Below are positions 10,228 to 20,932 of a DNA stretch of 64,000 bases, piece by piece. A model generated the notes under the pieces. That model searched no databases and was not told the DNA's origin. It saw only the letters and a list, made by a program, of their open reading frames with translations. Source of the DNA: an uncultured delta proteobacterium (lineage in GTDB: Bacteria > Myxococcota > Kuafuiibacteriia > Kuafuiibacteriales > Kuafuiibacteriaceae); assembly GCA_963803435.1 (NCBI GenBank), contig CAWDML010000001.1, positions 1,120,001 through 1,184,000 of the forward strand. Direction: 5' to 3'. The position numbers and the translations under genes were made by a program. How positions within the stretch are numbered: position 1 is the stretch's first letter; each line of letters begins with the position of its first letter.

Positions 10228-11683
10228 ATGCGTGTTCAGGGTTGGTGCGGCTTGCTGCTCGGAGTGTTCGGTTGCCAGGAGGTCGTCTACGACGACCAGC
10301 TCCCGACCCAAATCCCGAGCGATCAGGCCGGCTATCGCGAAGGTCGCGACGCGGCCGTCAAGGCGGTCGAGGTGGCGGCCCAGGCCGCCTGCAGGCGACT
10401 GTGGAGCGACTGCTCCGCGCTCTGCGACGATCCGTTCGTCTACTGTGGCAACTCCGAAGACCAGTGCGTGTCGGACTACAGCCGGAACGCTGTCGAGGAT
10501 TCGATCTACCCCGTCTACAGCACCGAGCTCGCGAAGCGCTGCGCCGAGCAGCTCCACGATCGATCGTGCCTCGATCTGGACCCGAACTCTCCGGAGTGCG
10601 AATCGGCGGTCCTCGAGGGCTGTCCCAACGACGATGACAGCTACGGCCGTCCCTACTCGTGGCTCGCCGCGTACGGGCTCGACACGTTGCCGGCGACGAT
10701 CAAGCCGCACCTCTGCGACAGCACCGACGAGTGGTTCGCCTTCCACCTCGACGCCGGCGAGGCCGTCTCGGTGACGCTGATCCAGTCGGGTGGTCCCGCG
10801 TGGCTCACCGTCTACGCGCCGGTCGGGGTCGGGAGCGGCCGGCAGGACGTGGAAGACATCGGGCACTCGATTCTATCTCGATCCCGCGAGTACGAACCAG
10901 GCGACCGAGGTCTTCGAGGCCGCGCCGGTCGCCGGCATCTACTACCTCAAGATCGACCTCAACCGGGCGATCACCGCCGACATGGAGCTCGCCGTCGGGA
11001 CCGATCGCCGCCCGCCGCCGAGCGCCCAGGAGATTGGCATCTCCACCGAGGAGGTCGTCTACGCGGCGCTCTGCCAGCGGCTCCACGGTGACTGCTCGGC
11101 CGCCTGCAGCCGGCCCGACTTCTACTGCGGAGGCTCGGTCGACGAGTGCCAGCAGGTCTACGCACGGTCCGCGGTGGAGTCGCTGTTCGACCGGAGGCCG
11201 TACACGCTCGATCGAGCGAAGGCAGAGGCCTGCGCCGCCGAGATCGGAGGGAGAGCCTGCGGAGATCTCGGCTCTTCGAGCGGCTCCTGCGCGGACCTCG
11301 TGGTCAACGAGTGCGCCGCCGACCCGCAGTCCTTCGCTCGACCCTGGGCAGGACGCATGGCCTCCCAGGTGGCGCTGCCGGCCGCGCTCGACCTCTCGCT
11401 CTGCGACGGGGTCGGCCAGTTCTTCCGCATCGATCTAGCCGAAGGGCAGCGCCTGGTGATGAGGACCGATCGCGATTTGCCGACCGGCTCCGCCTACGCC
11501 CGCCTCTATCCGCCCTCGGCCTCCGATGAGGACCTCCTGGACGAGGACAACTACTACTTCTACGCCTTCTATCTGAGCAGCAGCGAGACCGTCAGCGATC
11601 CGGTCCCCTCGGGCGGGACCTTCTACCTCGAGACCGAGTATTCGGCCGACGGACCCGTGCATCTGGAGCTGGACACGCGCTGA
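10228..11683 (+). CDS. Cys-rich lipoprotein with two tandem [Cys-rich + PPC-like beta-sandwich] modules; frameshift at ~10871
   Basis: Lipobox VFGC. Removing one T in GATTC (10869-10873) joins ORFs 10207-11091 and 10790-11683 (GHSIYLDPAS). The two halves align at the Cys positions. Confidence 0.7.
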
Positions 11684-11689
11684 TCCACC

Positions 11690-12763
11690 TCACCGATAGC
11701 GGCGCCCCTTCCACTCGACCCCGGCGCCCGACCTGTGCCGTGCCATGCTCGCGAGCGCCAGATAGGACGCTCCCAGCGCGCCGGCCGGCGCCAGGATCGC
11801 GCCGATCCAGCGGGCGCCGCCCATCGAGCGCAAGGTAGCCTGCATCAGGAAGATCAACCCGTACGCCGCCACGCCGTAGGGCCAGCCGGCCCAGATCGCC
11901 ACTGCCGGTCCGATCCATCCCAGCACCATCGTCAGCGCCACCCAGCGGGCCACCGCGATGCGGCGATCACCGAGGAGCGGGTAGAGGTTCTTGATCCAAC
12001 CCTCGGCGAGCTCCGCCCACGTCTCGTACATCCGCGTCCGCGCGATCTTCCGCCCGTCCACCAGCAACAGGCGCCCGTTCGCCTCGTGCACGCGCTGGGC
12101 GAGACGCACGTCCTCCAGGACCTCGCGGATCACCGCCTGGTGACCACCGACCGCGTCGTACGTCGACCTCCGGATCAGGATCAGCTGTCCGTTCGCGAAG
12201 GCCGGGCCCCGGGCCGCCAGGACCAGCGCGCCCACGGACGGCATCACCGCCTGCTCGACCAGCGTTCGCAGCTCGACCTGGGGGATGGCCGACACCAGAT
12301 CACGATCGGCGGCGAGCGGAAGTAATCCGCCGAGCGCGCCCTCGGAGAGCTCCACGTCGGCGTCCACGAACAGCAGCCACTCCGAGCTCGGCGAGGCCTG
12401 TCGATACGCCGCCGCCAGCGCCGCCGGCTTGCCGCACTCACCCTCTCCGGGTCCTCGACCTTCGAGCACCTCGAGGCGCGGCTCCTCGCGTGCCAGCAGC
12501 GCCAGCCGCTCCGACGTCCCGTCGGTCGATCGATCGTCGACGACGACCAACCGCGCCACCTCCGGCTGCCCGAGCACGCTCCGCACCGAGGCCTCGATGA
12601 CGCCCGCCTCGTCGCGCGCCGGCATGAACGCGGTGACCTCCGCCCCCGGCTGCTGCGAGGGGCGCGCGACCACCGTCCGAGAGAGTCCGATCAGTCCCCG
12701 TACGAAGATCAGCGCCCACAGGGCGACGGCCGAGGCTGCGACGATGTCGGGGAGCCCGATCAG
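11690..12763 (-). CDS. glycosyltransferase family 2, membrane-anchored (CrtQ/HpnB-like)
   Basis: Motifs 'MPARDEA', 'VVDDRSTDGT', 'GKPAAL', 'LLFVDADV', 'ANGQLILI', 'EDVRLA', 'TRMY'; N- and C-terminal TMs. Start is uncertain (CTG at 12763 overlapping the tldE stop). Confidence 0.85.
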   Translation of the reverse strand: MIGLPDIVAASAVALWALIFVRGLIGLSRTVVARPSQQPGAEVTAFMPARDEAGVIEASVRSVLGQPEVARLVVVDDRSTDGTSERLALLAREEPRLEVLEGRGPGEGECGKPAALAAAYRQASPSSEWLLFVDADVELSEGALGGLLPLAADRDLVSAIPQVELRTLVEQAVMPSVGALVLAARGPAFANGQLILIRRSTYDAVGGHQAVIREVLEDVRLAQRVHEANGRLLLVDGRKIARTRMYETWAELAEGWIKNLYPLLGDRRIAVARWVALTMVLGWIGPAVAIWAGWPYGVAAYGLIFLMQATLRSMGGARWIGAILAPAGALGASYLALASMARHRSGAGVEWKGRRYR

Positions 12764-14121
12764 AGCCGCGTTCCCGCGTGGAGGTTGAGCCCACCGACGC
12801 GGATCGGCGGCACCACACCGCCGCGAGTCCACACCGAGCTGCCCAGGGCCTCGACCCGCTTCAGGAGGTCGAGCACGCTCACGGTGAACCGCATGTTGAT
12901 CAGGGGCGCCACGATCTCGCCCTTCTGGACCAGGAAGAAGCCGTCGCGCGTCACGCCGGTGACCTCGAGCGTGCGCGGATCGAGCAGACGCACCGATCCG
13001 AACCGGCTCACCAGGACGCCACGTTCGAGCGAGCCGATCATGTCGGAGAGCGTGGCGTCACCCCCCTCCATCACCAGATGCTGCGCCGCCTCGATCTCGC
13101 CGAAGAACGGATCGCGGACCTTGTGTCCGGTCGCCTGCGCCTCGAGCCGAACCGCGCTCTCCCAGGAGTAGACGGGCGCGCCGATCTTGCCCTTCTCGAT
13201 CAGCACCACGCGCTGGCGGGCGACGCCCTCGAGGTCGAACGGAACACCTCGGTGCAGCGGGTGGGTGTGGTCGTCGACGATGGTGATCGCCTCGGCGGTG
13301 GCCCGATCTCCGGTCTTCCGGTCGGAGAGGAACGAGCCGCCGGTGCGGGCCTGGAGCCCGCCGGCCGTCAGGCCCACCCATCGGATCAGCTCGCCGACCG
13401 CCGAGGCCTCGAGCACCGCCGGGTAGGTGGCCACGCGAAGCTCGCGAGGCTCGCCGCCGACCATCGCCTTGTTGGTGGCCACCGCCACCAGGCTCTCGGC
13501 ATCGATCGCGCTGGCGGTGAACGACTCGTCCTCAGCCCAGCCGCTCGAGCCCGTCTTGCGCTGCATGGAGACCGTGTAGCGGATGCGCGTCTCCGGGTGG
13601 TACGCGAGCAGCCCGCGCGTGTTGGCGACCGCGTAGACCCCCGACTGGTTGTCGAGCCCGAGCACGCCGCGCCGGACCATCACCAGCCCGGAGGCCGACA
13701 GCCCGTTCTTGAGCGCCGTGGTCACGGCCCGGGCCGCCAGCGCCGTCCGATCGATCGACTTGGTCGCTTCGGTCTCCGGATCGTAGGCCTCCACGAAGTC
13801 GTAGTTCTGCGGCTCGGGGAGACCGGTGCCCTCGGAGCCCTCGGGCAGGTGCTCGGCGCGCGTCTTGGCCGCCTGCGCGATCTCCTTGATCCCGCCGGTG
13901 GAAAGATCGGTCGTCTGCACGCCGACCATCCGACCGCGCGCGCTCACCCGCACGCCGATCGACTCGACGTTGTGCTCCGACGCGGGGTGGATCTGATTGT
14001 CGGCGAACCGCGTGACCCCGAGATCACCGCCGCCGAGGCTCACCTCGGCGTCGTCGACGCCCGCCGACGCGATGCTCAGCGCCGACTCCAGGATCCGAAA
14101 GGCTTCTTCCTTCGCTCTCAC
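12760..14121 (-). CDS. tldE: TldE/PmbA family protein
   Basis: Motifs 'TRFADNQI', 'YPAVLEASAVGEL', 'PFDLEGV', 'TGVTRDGFFLVQKGEI...NMRF'; GTGA overlap with tldD. Confidence 0.85.
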   Translation of the reverse strand: MRAKEEAFRILESALSIASAGVDDAEVSLGGGDLGVTRFADNQIHPASEHNVESIGVRVSARGRMVGVQTTDLSTGGIKEIAQAAKTRAEHLPEGSEGTGLPEPQNYDFVEAYDPETEATKSIDRTALAARAVTTALKNGLSASGLVMVRRGVLGLDNQSGVYAVANTRGLLAYHPETRIRYTVSMQRKTGSSGWAEDESFTASAIDAESLVAVATNKAMVGGEPRELRVATYPAVLEASAVGELIRWVGLTAGGLQARTGGSFLSDRKTGDRATAEAITIVDDHTHPLHRGVPFDLEGVARQRVVLIEKGKIGAPVYSWESAVRLEAQATGHKVRDPFFGEIEAAQHLVMEGGDATLSDMIGSLERGVLVSRFGSVRLLDPRTLEVTGVTRDGFFLVQKGEIVAPLINMRFTVSVLDLLKRVEALGSSVWTRGGVVPPIRVGGLNLHAGTRL

Positions 14122-15719
14122 TTCACGTCCCGGCGGCGCGATCGGCGCTTCTTCTTGTCCTTGGGCCCGCGCCGTTTGGTCGCGCGCTTCGGGAGATCGG
14201 TGGCGGCGGTGCCGTCGGCCAGCACGGGTTGGGCGGCGTCGATCGTCGCAGCGTCGAAGCGATGCGCGCCGAGCTCGACGTTGGCGAAGCGAACCGGCGG
14301 CGCCCCGTGCCCTGAGGCCACCAGCTGCATCGGCTGAGCCTTGGAGCCGTGCGCGATCCCGTGCAGCGCCCAGTCGCGGTCGTCGCCGACGGCGTCGCAG
14401 GCGCGCCAGAACCCGGGGACGGTGCCCTGGTAGGTCGGGTTCCGCAGCAGGCGGCCGCGCTTACCGTCCTTGATCTCCCAGGCGATCTCACAGGCCGCCA
14501 GGAACGTATGTCCGTCGGCGTCCACGCTGAACCCGCGGCTGGTGTCCATCAGCACCCCGGACTTCGTCCCCGCGACGATCGACTCGAGGTCGCCGCCGTC
14601 GCCCGGGGCCAGCGAGATGTTGGTCATGCGGACCACCGGATAGGACGACCAGCTGGCGGCGCGCATGGCGCCGTGCGACCTCTCCAGGCCGACCCGGGCG
14701 GCGGTCTCGCGGCTCGACAGATAGCCGGCGAAGCGACCGCTCGCGATCAGGTCGACGCGCTGCGCCTCCACGCCCTCGTCGTCGAAGCCGAACGAGCCGG
14801 CCCCGCCGGCCTCACGGGCGTCGGCGTAGATGTTGATCTTGCTGCTGCCCAGCTCGAGGTTCCCCAGCTTGTCGGTGCCGAGGAAGGAGCGGACGCCGTT
14901 CGACTCGAGGCCGATGACGCGATCCAGCTCGAGCAGCTGGCCGCAGGTCGCGAACACCTGGCTGGCGGCGGCGCTGCTGGTCAGGACCAGCGTGCCGGTC
15001 TCATGGGGACACGGATCCGCCTTGAGGAGCTCCACGGCCTCGGCGGCGACGGCCGGGGCGCGCTCGAGGAGCGGGAGCTCGGTCACCACCTCCCAGCCCT
15101 TGCCGAGGAACTCACCCCGGAAGCTCCCGGGATACGAGCGGACCTGGAAGTCTTTGCCGTCGCCGGCGCCGGCCTGATAACCGACGCCCGTCCAGACCAG
15201 CTCCTGATCGATCTCGCTGCCCTCGGAGTTGACGTAGATCTTGCGTTGGCGGTGCGCGGCGAAGCTCCCGAGCGCCAGGACGATCCCCTTCACGCCCCGG
15301 AGCGCGGCGTCGATGCCGAGCAGCAGGTCGACCTTGTCCTCGAGCGGCACCGCCAGCGGATCCCGCTTGATCTGGGTGCGAAAGATCGAGCGCTGAGGCG
15401 GCTGGTCCACCAATCGGACCGGGTGCTCCTGGAGGATCGACGCCGCCCGCGCAAACTCTACGGCACGGCGCGCGGCCAAGGCCACGTCGTGGCGCGTCGG
15501 CTCCGAGACCGCCGAGAAGCCCCACGCGCCCCGCACCAGCGCGCGGACGCCCACCCCGCGCTCAGACGTGAGCGAGGCCTGCGTGAGGGCGCCATTCTTG
15601 GTGATCACGTCCTCATGCTGGCGGAACTCGAAACGGGCATCCGCATAGGACGCGCCGAGACGGATCGCCTCTTCGACTGCGATGTAGGCGACTTCCAGCG
15701 CAAAGGGATGATTGAACAC
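14118..15719 (-). CDS. tldD: TldD family protein lacking catalytic residues
   Basis: Motifs 'GASYADARF', 'GVGVRALVRGAWGF', 'NSEGSEIDQ', 'ELDR', 'FDDEGV', 'RMTNISL', 'GHGAPPVRF'. The HExxxH position reads FATCGQ. Confidence 0.85.
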   Translation of the reverse strand: MFNHPFALEVAYIAVEEAIRLGASYADARFEFRQHEDVITKNGALTQASLTSERGVGVRALVRGAWGFSAVSEPTRHDVALAARRAVEFARAASILQEHPVRLVDQPPQRSIFRTQIKRDPLAVPLEDKVDLLLGIDAALRGVKGIVLALGSFAAHRQRKIYVNSEGSEIDQELVWTGVGYQAGAGDGKDFQVRSYPGSFRGEFLGKGWEVVTELPLLERAPAVAAEAVELLKADPCPHETGTLVLTSSAAASQVFATCGQLLELDRVIGLESNGVRSFLGTDKLGNLELGSSKINIYADAREAGGAGSFGFDDEGVEAQRVDLIASGRFAGYLSSRETAARVGLERSHGAMRAASWSSYPVVRMTNISLAPGDGGDLESIVAGTKSGVLMDTSRGFSVDADGHTFLAACEIAWEIKDGKRGRLLRNPTYQGTVPGFWRACDAVGDDRDWALHGIAHGSKAQPMQLVASGHGAPPVRFANVELGAHRFDAATIDAAQPVLADGTAATDLPKRATKRRGPKDKKKRRSRRRDVK

Positions 15720-15807
15720 GGACGACGCGCTCCTGCCCCCCTGTGGGCGGGCCCTCTTCCCGGGCGGTTATCCCCCGGACCCGGCTTCGTCGCAAGTTTT
15801 GTCGGCC

Positions 15808-16614
15808 TCAAAAGATCCGGCGCCGCCGCCACAGCAGCACGATCGCGATCAGCGCGAGGCCGAGCGTCCCGTGATCACCGAGGCGCGCAGCGTTGCAGCC
15901 AAAGGGTCGGTTGCCGACGTATCGCGACTCGGTGGGAAGCGGCACGCAGCTCCGGGCCGGCTCTCCGCGAGGGTAAATCAGGCAGAGCGCTTCGATGTCG
16001 TCGGCCTCGAGGGTCCGCTTGTCGGCTTCGCACTCGCCCACCTGCGGCGCCATCGTCGGGTCCCCGATCGTGCCCTGATAGAACGTGGTGTGGTCGAGTC
16101 CGATGAAATGGCCCACCTCGTGGGTCAGCACGGCGATCAGATCGTACGTCTCCCGCACGTCGCTCGAGCACTCCTCCGTCGCGTCGGTGAACGCGAAGCG
16201 ATCCTCGTTCACCTCGATCACGGCCGATTGGATCTCGCCGTCATCCTTCGTGTACGTGGTGAGCGTGACCGCGACGGCGTCCTCGGGACGGGGCTGTCGG
16301 CCCAGCGGATCCGCCCAGTTCTCGTGGACGAAGACGACCTGGTTCTCATCGGACTCATCGTCCGTGATCATCCCCGTGTACTCGAATTGCAGGTCCGTGC
16401 AGCCGTTGGCCGCCCAGGTGCCGAAGGCCGCCTCGATGTGGCTGAGCTCGGCGTCGGCACCCTGATGCACGCCGTACGGGATGACGCGTTTGTTCCAGCG
16501 GAGCGTGATCCAGTCGTACTTGTCCGAGCGCTTGCACTCGAACGCACCTGCCGGCGTCACGCCGGACAGCACCAGGCCGAAGCACACGATCCCCGTGAGC
16601 CGCGCTCGCACCAC
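15808..16614 (-). CDS. matrixin (M10)-type zinc metalloprotease with MYXO-CTERM sorting signal
   Basis: HEVGHFIGLDH plus Met-turn 'PTMAP'; signal peptide; C-terminus 'GCNAA...LALIAIVLLWRRRR'. Confidence 0.88.
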   Translation of the reverse strand: MVRARLTGIVCFGLVLSGVTPAGAFECKRSDKYDWITLRWNKRVIPYGVHQGADAELSHIEAAFGTWAANGCTDLQFEYTGMITDDESDENQVVFVHENWADPLGRQPRPEDAVAVTLTTYTKDDGEIQSAVIEVNEDRFAFTDATEECSSDVRETYDLIAVLTHEVGHFIGLDHTTFYQGTIGDPTMAPQVGECEADKRTLEADDIEALCLIYPRGEPARSCVPLPTESRYVGNRPFGCNAARLGDHGTLGLALIAIVLLWRRRRIF

Positions 16615-16622
16615 TCCGAGGC

Positions 16623-17879
16623 TTACTCTGAACGAGGCGTATCAGCCTGTGAAGACCCGAAGGCCTTGATCACCTCCACGACCTCATCCGTCTCCAGGGT
16701 CCGGTTCGATCGCTTGGCGCGCGCCAGGATCGCCTTGCCGAGCGGCTCGCTCCACTCGAACCGGTGGGTTTTCAGCCACCAGCGCACGTTGGACATGCCG
16801 CTCATGGGTCCGATCTCGATCTCTTGCTCCTTGCCAAACACGCCAGCGGGTACGCCCGAGTACACCCGATCGGCGAGCCAGGTGTCGTTTCGCTCGAACG
16901 CCTTCACGATGGCGGCCGCGTGCACGCCGGTGGCGGTACGGAACGCGTCCTGACCGGCCAACGGGTAGTTCTTCGGGATCGGCCAGCGGCAGGCACGAGA
17001 GACCTCGCGGCAATAGCGGACCAGATGCGTCAGATCGTTGTCGATGATGCCGAGCAGCTTCAGATTCACCAGCACCTGATCGAGCGCCGCGTTCCCGACC
17101 CTCTCTCCGATTCCGAGACAGGTGCCGTGCACGCGATCCGCTCCGGCTTCGAGGGCGTAGATCGCGTTCGTGACCCCGAGGCCACGATCGTTGTGACCGT
17201 GCCAGTCGATCTTGATGCTCTCGCCGGTGCCCTCAATCAACCCGCGCGCCCAGCCGATGATGTTGAAGATCCCGTCCGGGGTGGAGTGGCCCACAGTGTC
17301 ACAGATGACGAGTCGCTTCACACCGAGCTCGATCGCGTGACGGAAGAGCTTGTCGAGGTCCGCGGGCCTCGAGCGGGTCGTATCCTCGGTGACGTACGCG
17401 ACGTCCATCCCTTCCTGGACGGCGAAACGGATCGCCTCCTCGCTGGTCTTGAGAATGTGGTCGACTGTCCAGTTCTCCGCATACTGGCGGATCGGTGAGG
17501 AGCCGATGAACGTATAGACCTCGATCGGGATGCCGGCCTGCTGCGAGACCTCCACCACCGGCCGGATGTCCTGCACCAACGTGCGGCAGGCGCAGTTCGC
17601 CCGGATCGGAAGCTTCTGGTCCGCGATCTCCCGGGCCAGACGAAGCACATCCTCGAACGCGCGAGGCCCCGCGCCGGGAAGCCCGATGTCGGTGGTGGTG
17701 ATGCCGAGCTTCGACTGCAGGTGCAGGATCGTCAGCTTGTCCTCGATCGGCGGGTCCACCACCGACGGTGACTGGATCCCGTCGCGCAGGGTCTCGTCGT
17801 CGAACTCCGGCTTCTTCGTGATGACCGGACCCTTTCGCTTGATCTCGTTCCAGTCGTAGATCAGGTCGCTTCCGTTCAT
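16623..17879 (-). CDS. leuA: 2-isopropylmalate synthase/homocitrate synthase family (DRE-TIM), short form without the regulatory domain
   Basis: Motifs 'DETLRDGIQSP', 'EDTTRS', 'CDTVG', 'HGHNDRGLG', 'GIGERVGN', 'GVHAAA'; 418 aa. Confidence 0.8.
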   Translation of the reverse strand: MNGSDLIYDWNEIKRKGPVITKKPEFDDETLRDGIQSPSVVDPPIEDKLTILHLQSKLGITTTDIGLPGAGPRAFEDVLRLAREIADQKLPIRANCACRTLVQDIRPVVEVSQQAGIPIEVYTFIGSSPIRQYAENWTVDHILKTSEEAIRFAVQEGMDVAYVTEDTTRSRPADLDKLFRHAIELGVKRLVICDTVGHSTPDGIFNIIGWARGLIEGTGESIKIDWHGHNDRGLGVTNAIYALEAGADRVHGTCLGIGERVGNAALDQVLVNLKLLGIIDNDLTHLVRYCREVSRACRWPIPKNYPLAGQDAFRTATGVHAAAIVKAFERNDTWLADRVYSGVPAGVFGKEQEIEIGPMSGMSNVRWWLKTHRFEWSEPLGKAILARAKRSNRTLETDEVVEVIKAFGSSQADTPRSE

Positions 17880-17971
17880 TCCTCCGGAAACCTAAGGAGC
17901 GGCGCTGGAGTTATCAAGCGCGTCTCGCGTTTGCGAGCGGGAGGCCCAAAGATTACGATCCGGCGGCGGCC

Positions 17972-19811
17972 ATGGGACAAGAGCCGTTTCCTGCCCGGCC
18001 GACGCTTCCGATCGGCGCGACCGGTACCGGCTCCGAGGGCCGAAGCTACGAGATCCTGGCCACGATCGACCGCGGCGGGATGGGCGAGCTCTTCCTCGCC
18101 CGGATGCACCGCCCCGGGCAGAAGCCCCAGTACGCGGTGCTCAAGCGGCTGCTGGCCGACCTCCTCGACAACGACAAGTACATCCGCATGTTCCGGTCCG
18201 AGGCCGAGGTCATGTCGGAGCTCAACCATCCGAATATCGTGCGGGTGGTCGACATGCCGCGCGTCGGCCGGAACCAGTGCCTCGCCATGGAGTACGTCCG
18301 CGGGCGCAACGTCCAGCAGATGCTGGCGCGCAGCATGGACCTCGGCACACATCTCCCGCCCGAGATCGTCCTCGCGATCATGATCGAGGTCCTCCACGGC
18401 CTCGAGTACGCGCACTGCTACCGGCTGAAGGACGGCACGCCGCTCGAGCTCGTCCATCGCGACGTCACGCCCGGCAACGTCCTCGTCTCGTTCGACGGCG
18501 ACGTGAAGCTGACGGACTTCGGGATCGCCAAGAGCAGGATGTCGGTGGTCTCGACGACGGTCGGCATCGTCAAGGGGAAGGCGCGTTATCTCTCGCCCGA
18601 GCAGATCCTCGGCGAGGCCGCCTCGCCGCGCTCGGATCTCGTTCTCGGCCGCCGCCGTGGTCTGCGAGATGCTGACAGGAGTCCCCGCGTTCGATCGCGG
18701 CACGGTGCCGAAGACGCTCTTCGCGATCGTCAATGGCGAGGCCCCCGACCTCGAACGGACCCTCCCCTTTCGCGCGCCGCTCCTGGTCCAGACGCTGTAC
18801 CGTGCGCTCGCGCCGAAGCCGGAGCTGCGCCTCCAGAGCGCCGGCGAGCTCGCGGAGGCGCTCGAGGCGTCCGCACGTCTGTTCGGCCCGCGCGCCAGCA
18901 AGGCGGACGTGGGGCGCTACGTCGCGGAGCTGTTCCACGACGTCCACGATCCGCTGGCCGAGTTCTTCGAGGACGCCGAAGCGGAGACCGTCCACGGCTT
19001 CCGTCCCACCGAGGCCCGTCCGTCGGAGCTCCCGCCCTTCCCGGCCAATGGAACCGATGTCTCCGATCTGGTCCGCGACCCGCCGGCCGGCGGGCACGAC
19101 GCGCTCGAGGCGGCGGCCGAGTCGGCCTATTCGTCCCCGCCGACGAAGACCCAGATCGTCCGCGGCACGCCGGTCGCGCCCGCGTCGGGCGAGCTGGCGG
19201 CGCTGGCGACGCCCGAAAACACCGATCAGGCCGTCGACGACGCGCTCTCCGTCCTGGCCTGGCTGCAGTCGCAGTCCCAGCCCCAGGTTCCGGCCGCGCC
19301 TCCACCGGGCACGCCGGCCCTCAGGGCGACCGTCGACGCGGCGCTGGCGCGCGACGACACGCGGATCACTCGGCCCGCCGCCCCGGTGCTCCGGCCGAAG
19401 AGGCGGGGCACGCTGACGTTCGCCGCCGGCGTGCTGGCGGGCGCACTCCTCACGATTGCGGTCCAGGCGCTGCGCAGCGAGCCGCCGGATTTCGAGCCCG
19501 ACGACGAGGAGGAGCTCGTGGTGGAGCCCGTGAGCCCTCCGCCGGCAACCTCGGTGATGGAGACCGTCCCCCCGCCGCCGGCCCCCGCGACGACGAAGCC
19601 GGCGACGACCCTCGACATCGTCCATCCCCGCGGCGCCCGGGCCCGGGTCGACGGACGGCTGCTCCCCGACCGCGTGCCGATCCTGGGCGTCCGTCTCACG
19701 CCCGGCGATCACACGGTGAAGGTCTGGCGGGGCCGCTATCGCCGCGAGCTGCGGTTCGAGGCCAAGCCGGGCGAGCGCTACGTGATGAGCAAGCGACTCA
19801 AGAAGAGGTGA
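17972..19811 (+). CDS. Hanks-type Ser/Thr protein kinase with TM and C-terminal PEGA-like domain; frameshift at ~18641
   Basis: Motifs 'RGGMGELF', 'VLKRL', 'HPNIV', 'HRDVTPGNV', 'DFGIAK', 'YLSPEQ'. Deleting one base at ~18641 gives 'SDLFSAAAVVCEMLTG', continuing into ORF 18657-19811. Confidence 0.88.
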
Positions 19812-19812
19812 G

Positions 19813-20928
19813 TCACATCTCCGAGCGCTTCTGCGCCGGGAGATCGAACACGTATCGCTCGCGCGGCGCGACGATCCGCAGGTGCTTCCTCAGCTCCTCC
19901 GTGGCGTCGGGCCAGTTGGTCTCCCCGAGGGCGTGGATGAAGTACCGCTGGCCGCCGGGACGCTCTCCGAGATAGCGCGACGGAAACTCCTGGCTCCCAT
20001 CGAACACGTAGCGCGAGTCGGTCGGACAGGACCAGAGCCGAACCGTGGGGCGATACGGACCGAGCGCACGGTTGAACCGGATCGCCTGTCGCTGCTCGAG
20101 CAGCGCCTCCCGGCAGCGCGCCTCGCCCCGCCAACCGATTCGGCAGCGCGGTCGAGCTCGTCTCTGCGAACCGCCAGCCGTGGGGCGGTCCGCGCCCCAG
20201 GTCGCCGAAGACCGCCGTCGACGACGTGGGCGCCATCTCCAGGCCGACGCGCTCGCGCACGTCGTACTTTCCGGAGAGGTCGGCCATCGCCAGCTCGCCG
20301 GCCACCTGATCGAGCGCCACGAACAGCGTCTCGGCCAGCACGGTCCAGGGCGTGGGCTCCCCGCCGGCCAGCCTGCGGGCCTCGTGCTTCGACCAGCCGG
20401 CGTCGAGCTTGATCAGCGCCCGCTCCGGGTTCTTGGCGTCGAGCAACGCCAGATCCTTGAGGACCACCTCCGACAGGATCATGCGCTCATCCTGATCGCG
20501 ACCGCTCTTCGGATCCGGTGCGGCCGACTCGACGTACCCTCGCATCCGGTAGATGCGTCCGGTGAGCAGGAGATCCGCCTCGGGCGCCTGGCTCTTGTCG
20601 AGAACCAGGATGACCTGCGCGAACAGGTGCGCCCGCGCCAGGTGGTTCGCCAGGAGCTCGGTGATGCGGTTGCGCGCATCCCCTCGCAGATCGCCCAGGT
20701 CGGTCGCCTCGTATTCGATGCCCTGGTAGTCGAAGTGGTCGTTGTCGGGCCCGTCGCCGATGGCGCGATCGTCGATCAACGGCAGCACGGCGACCCGGAA
20801 CGGGTGAACCGCGGCCGGCCGTTGCCGCACGCTCTGGAGGTCGTACGGGATCTCGGCGAAGGCGCAGCCGGCGAGGCTCAACAGAACAATGGCGCTGGCA
20901 GATCGGATGAGCCCGACTGTAATGTCAT
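19813..20928 (-). CDS. hypothetical lipoprotein; frameshift at ~20139; start uncertain
   Basis: Lipobox LAGC and 'RVAVLPLIDDR'. GAATC->GATC on the minus strand gives 'ALPIGWRGEARC...', which reads into ORF 19813-20007. Confidence 0.55.
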
Positions 20929-20932
20929 TTGC

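Noticed and set aside
12760-16614. TldDE plus protease as a RiPP (microcin-like) cluster
   Set aside because: No precursor peptide, YcaO or radical SAM gene nearby, and TldD lacks its catalytic residues.
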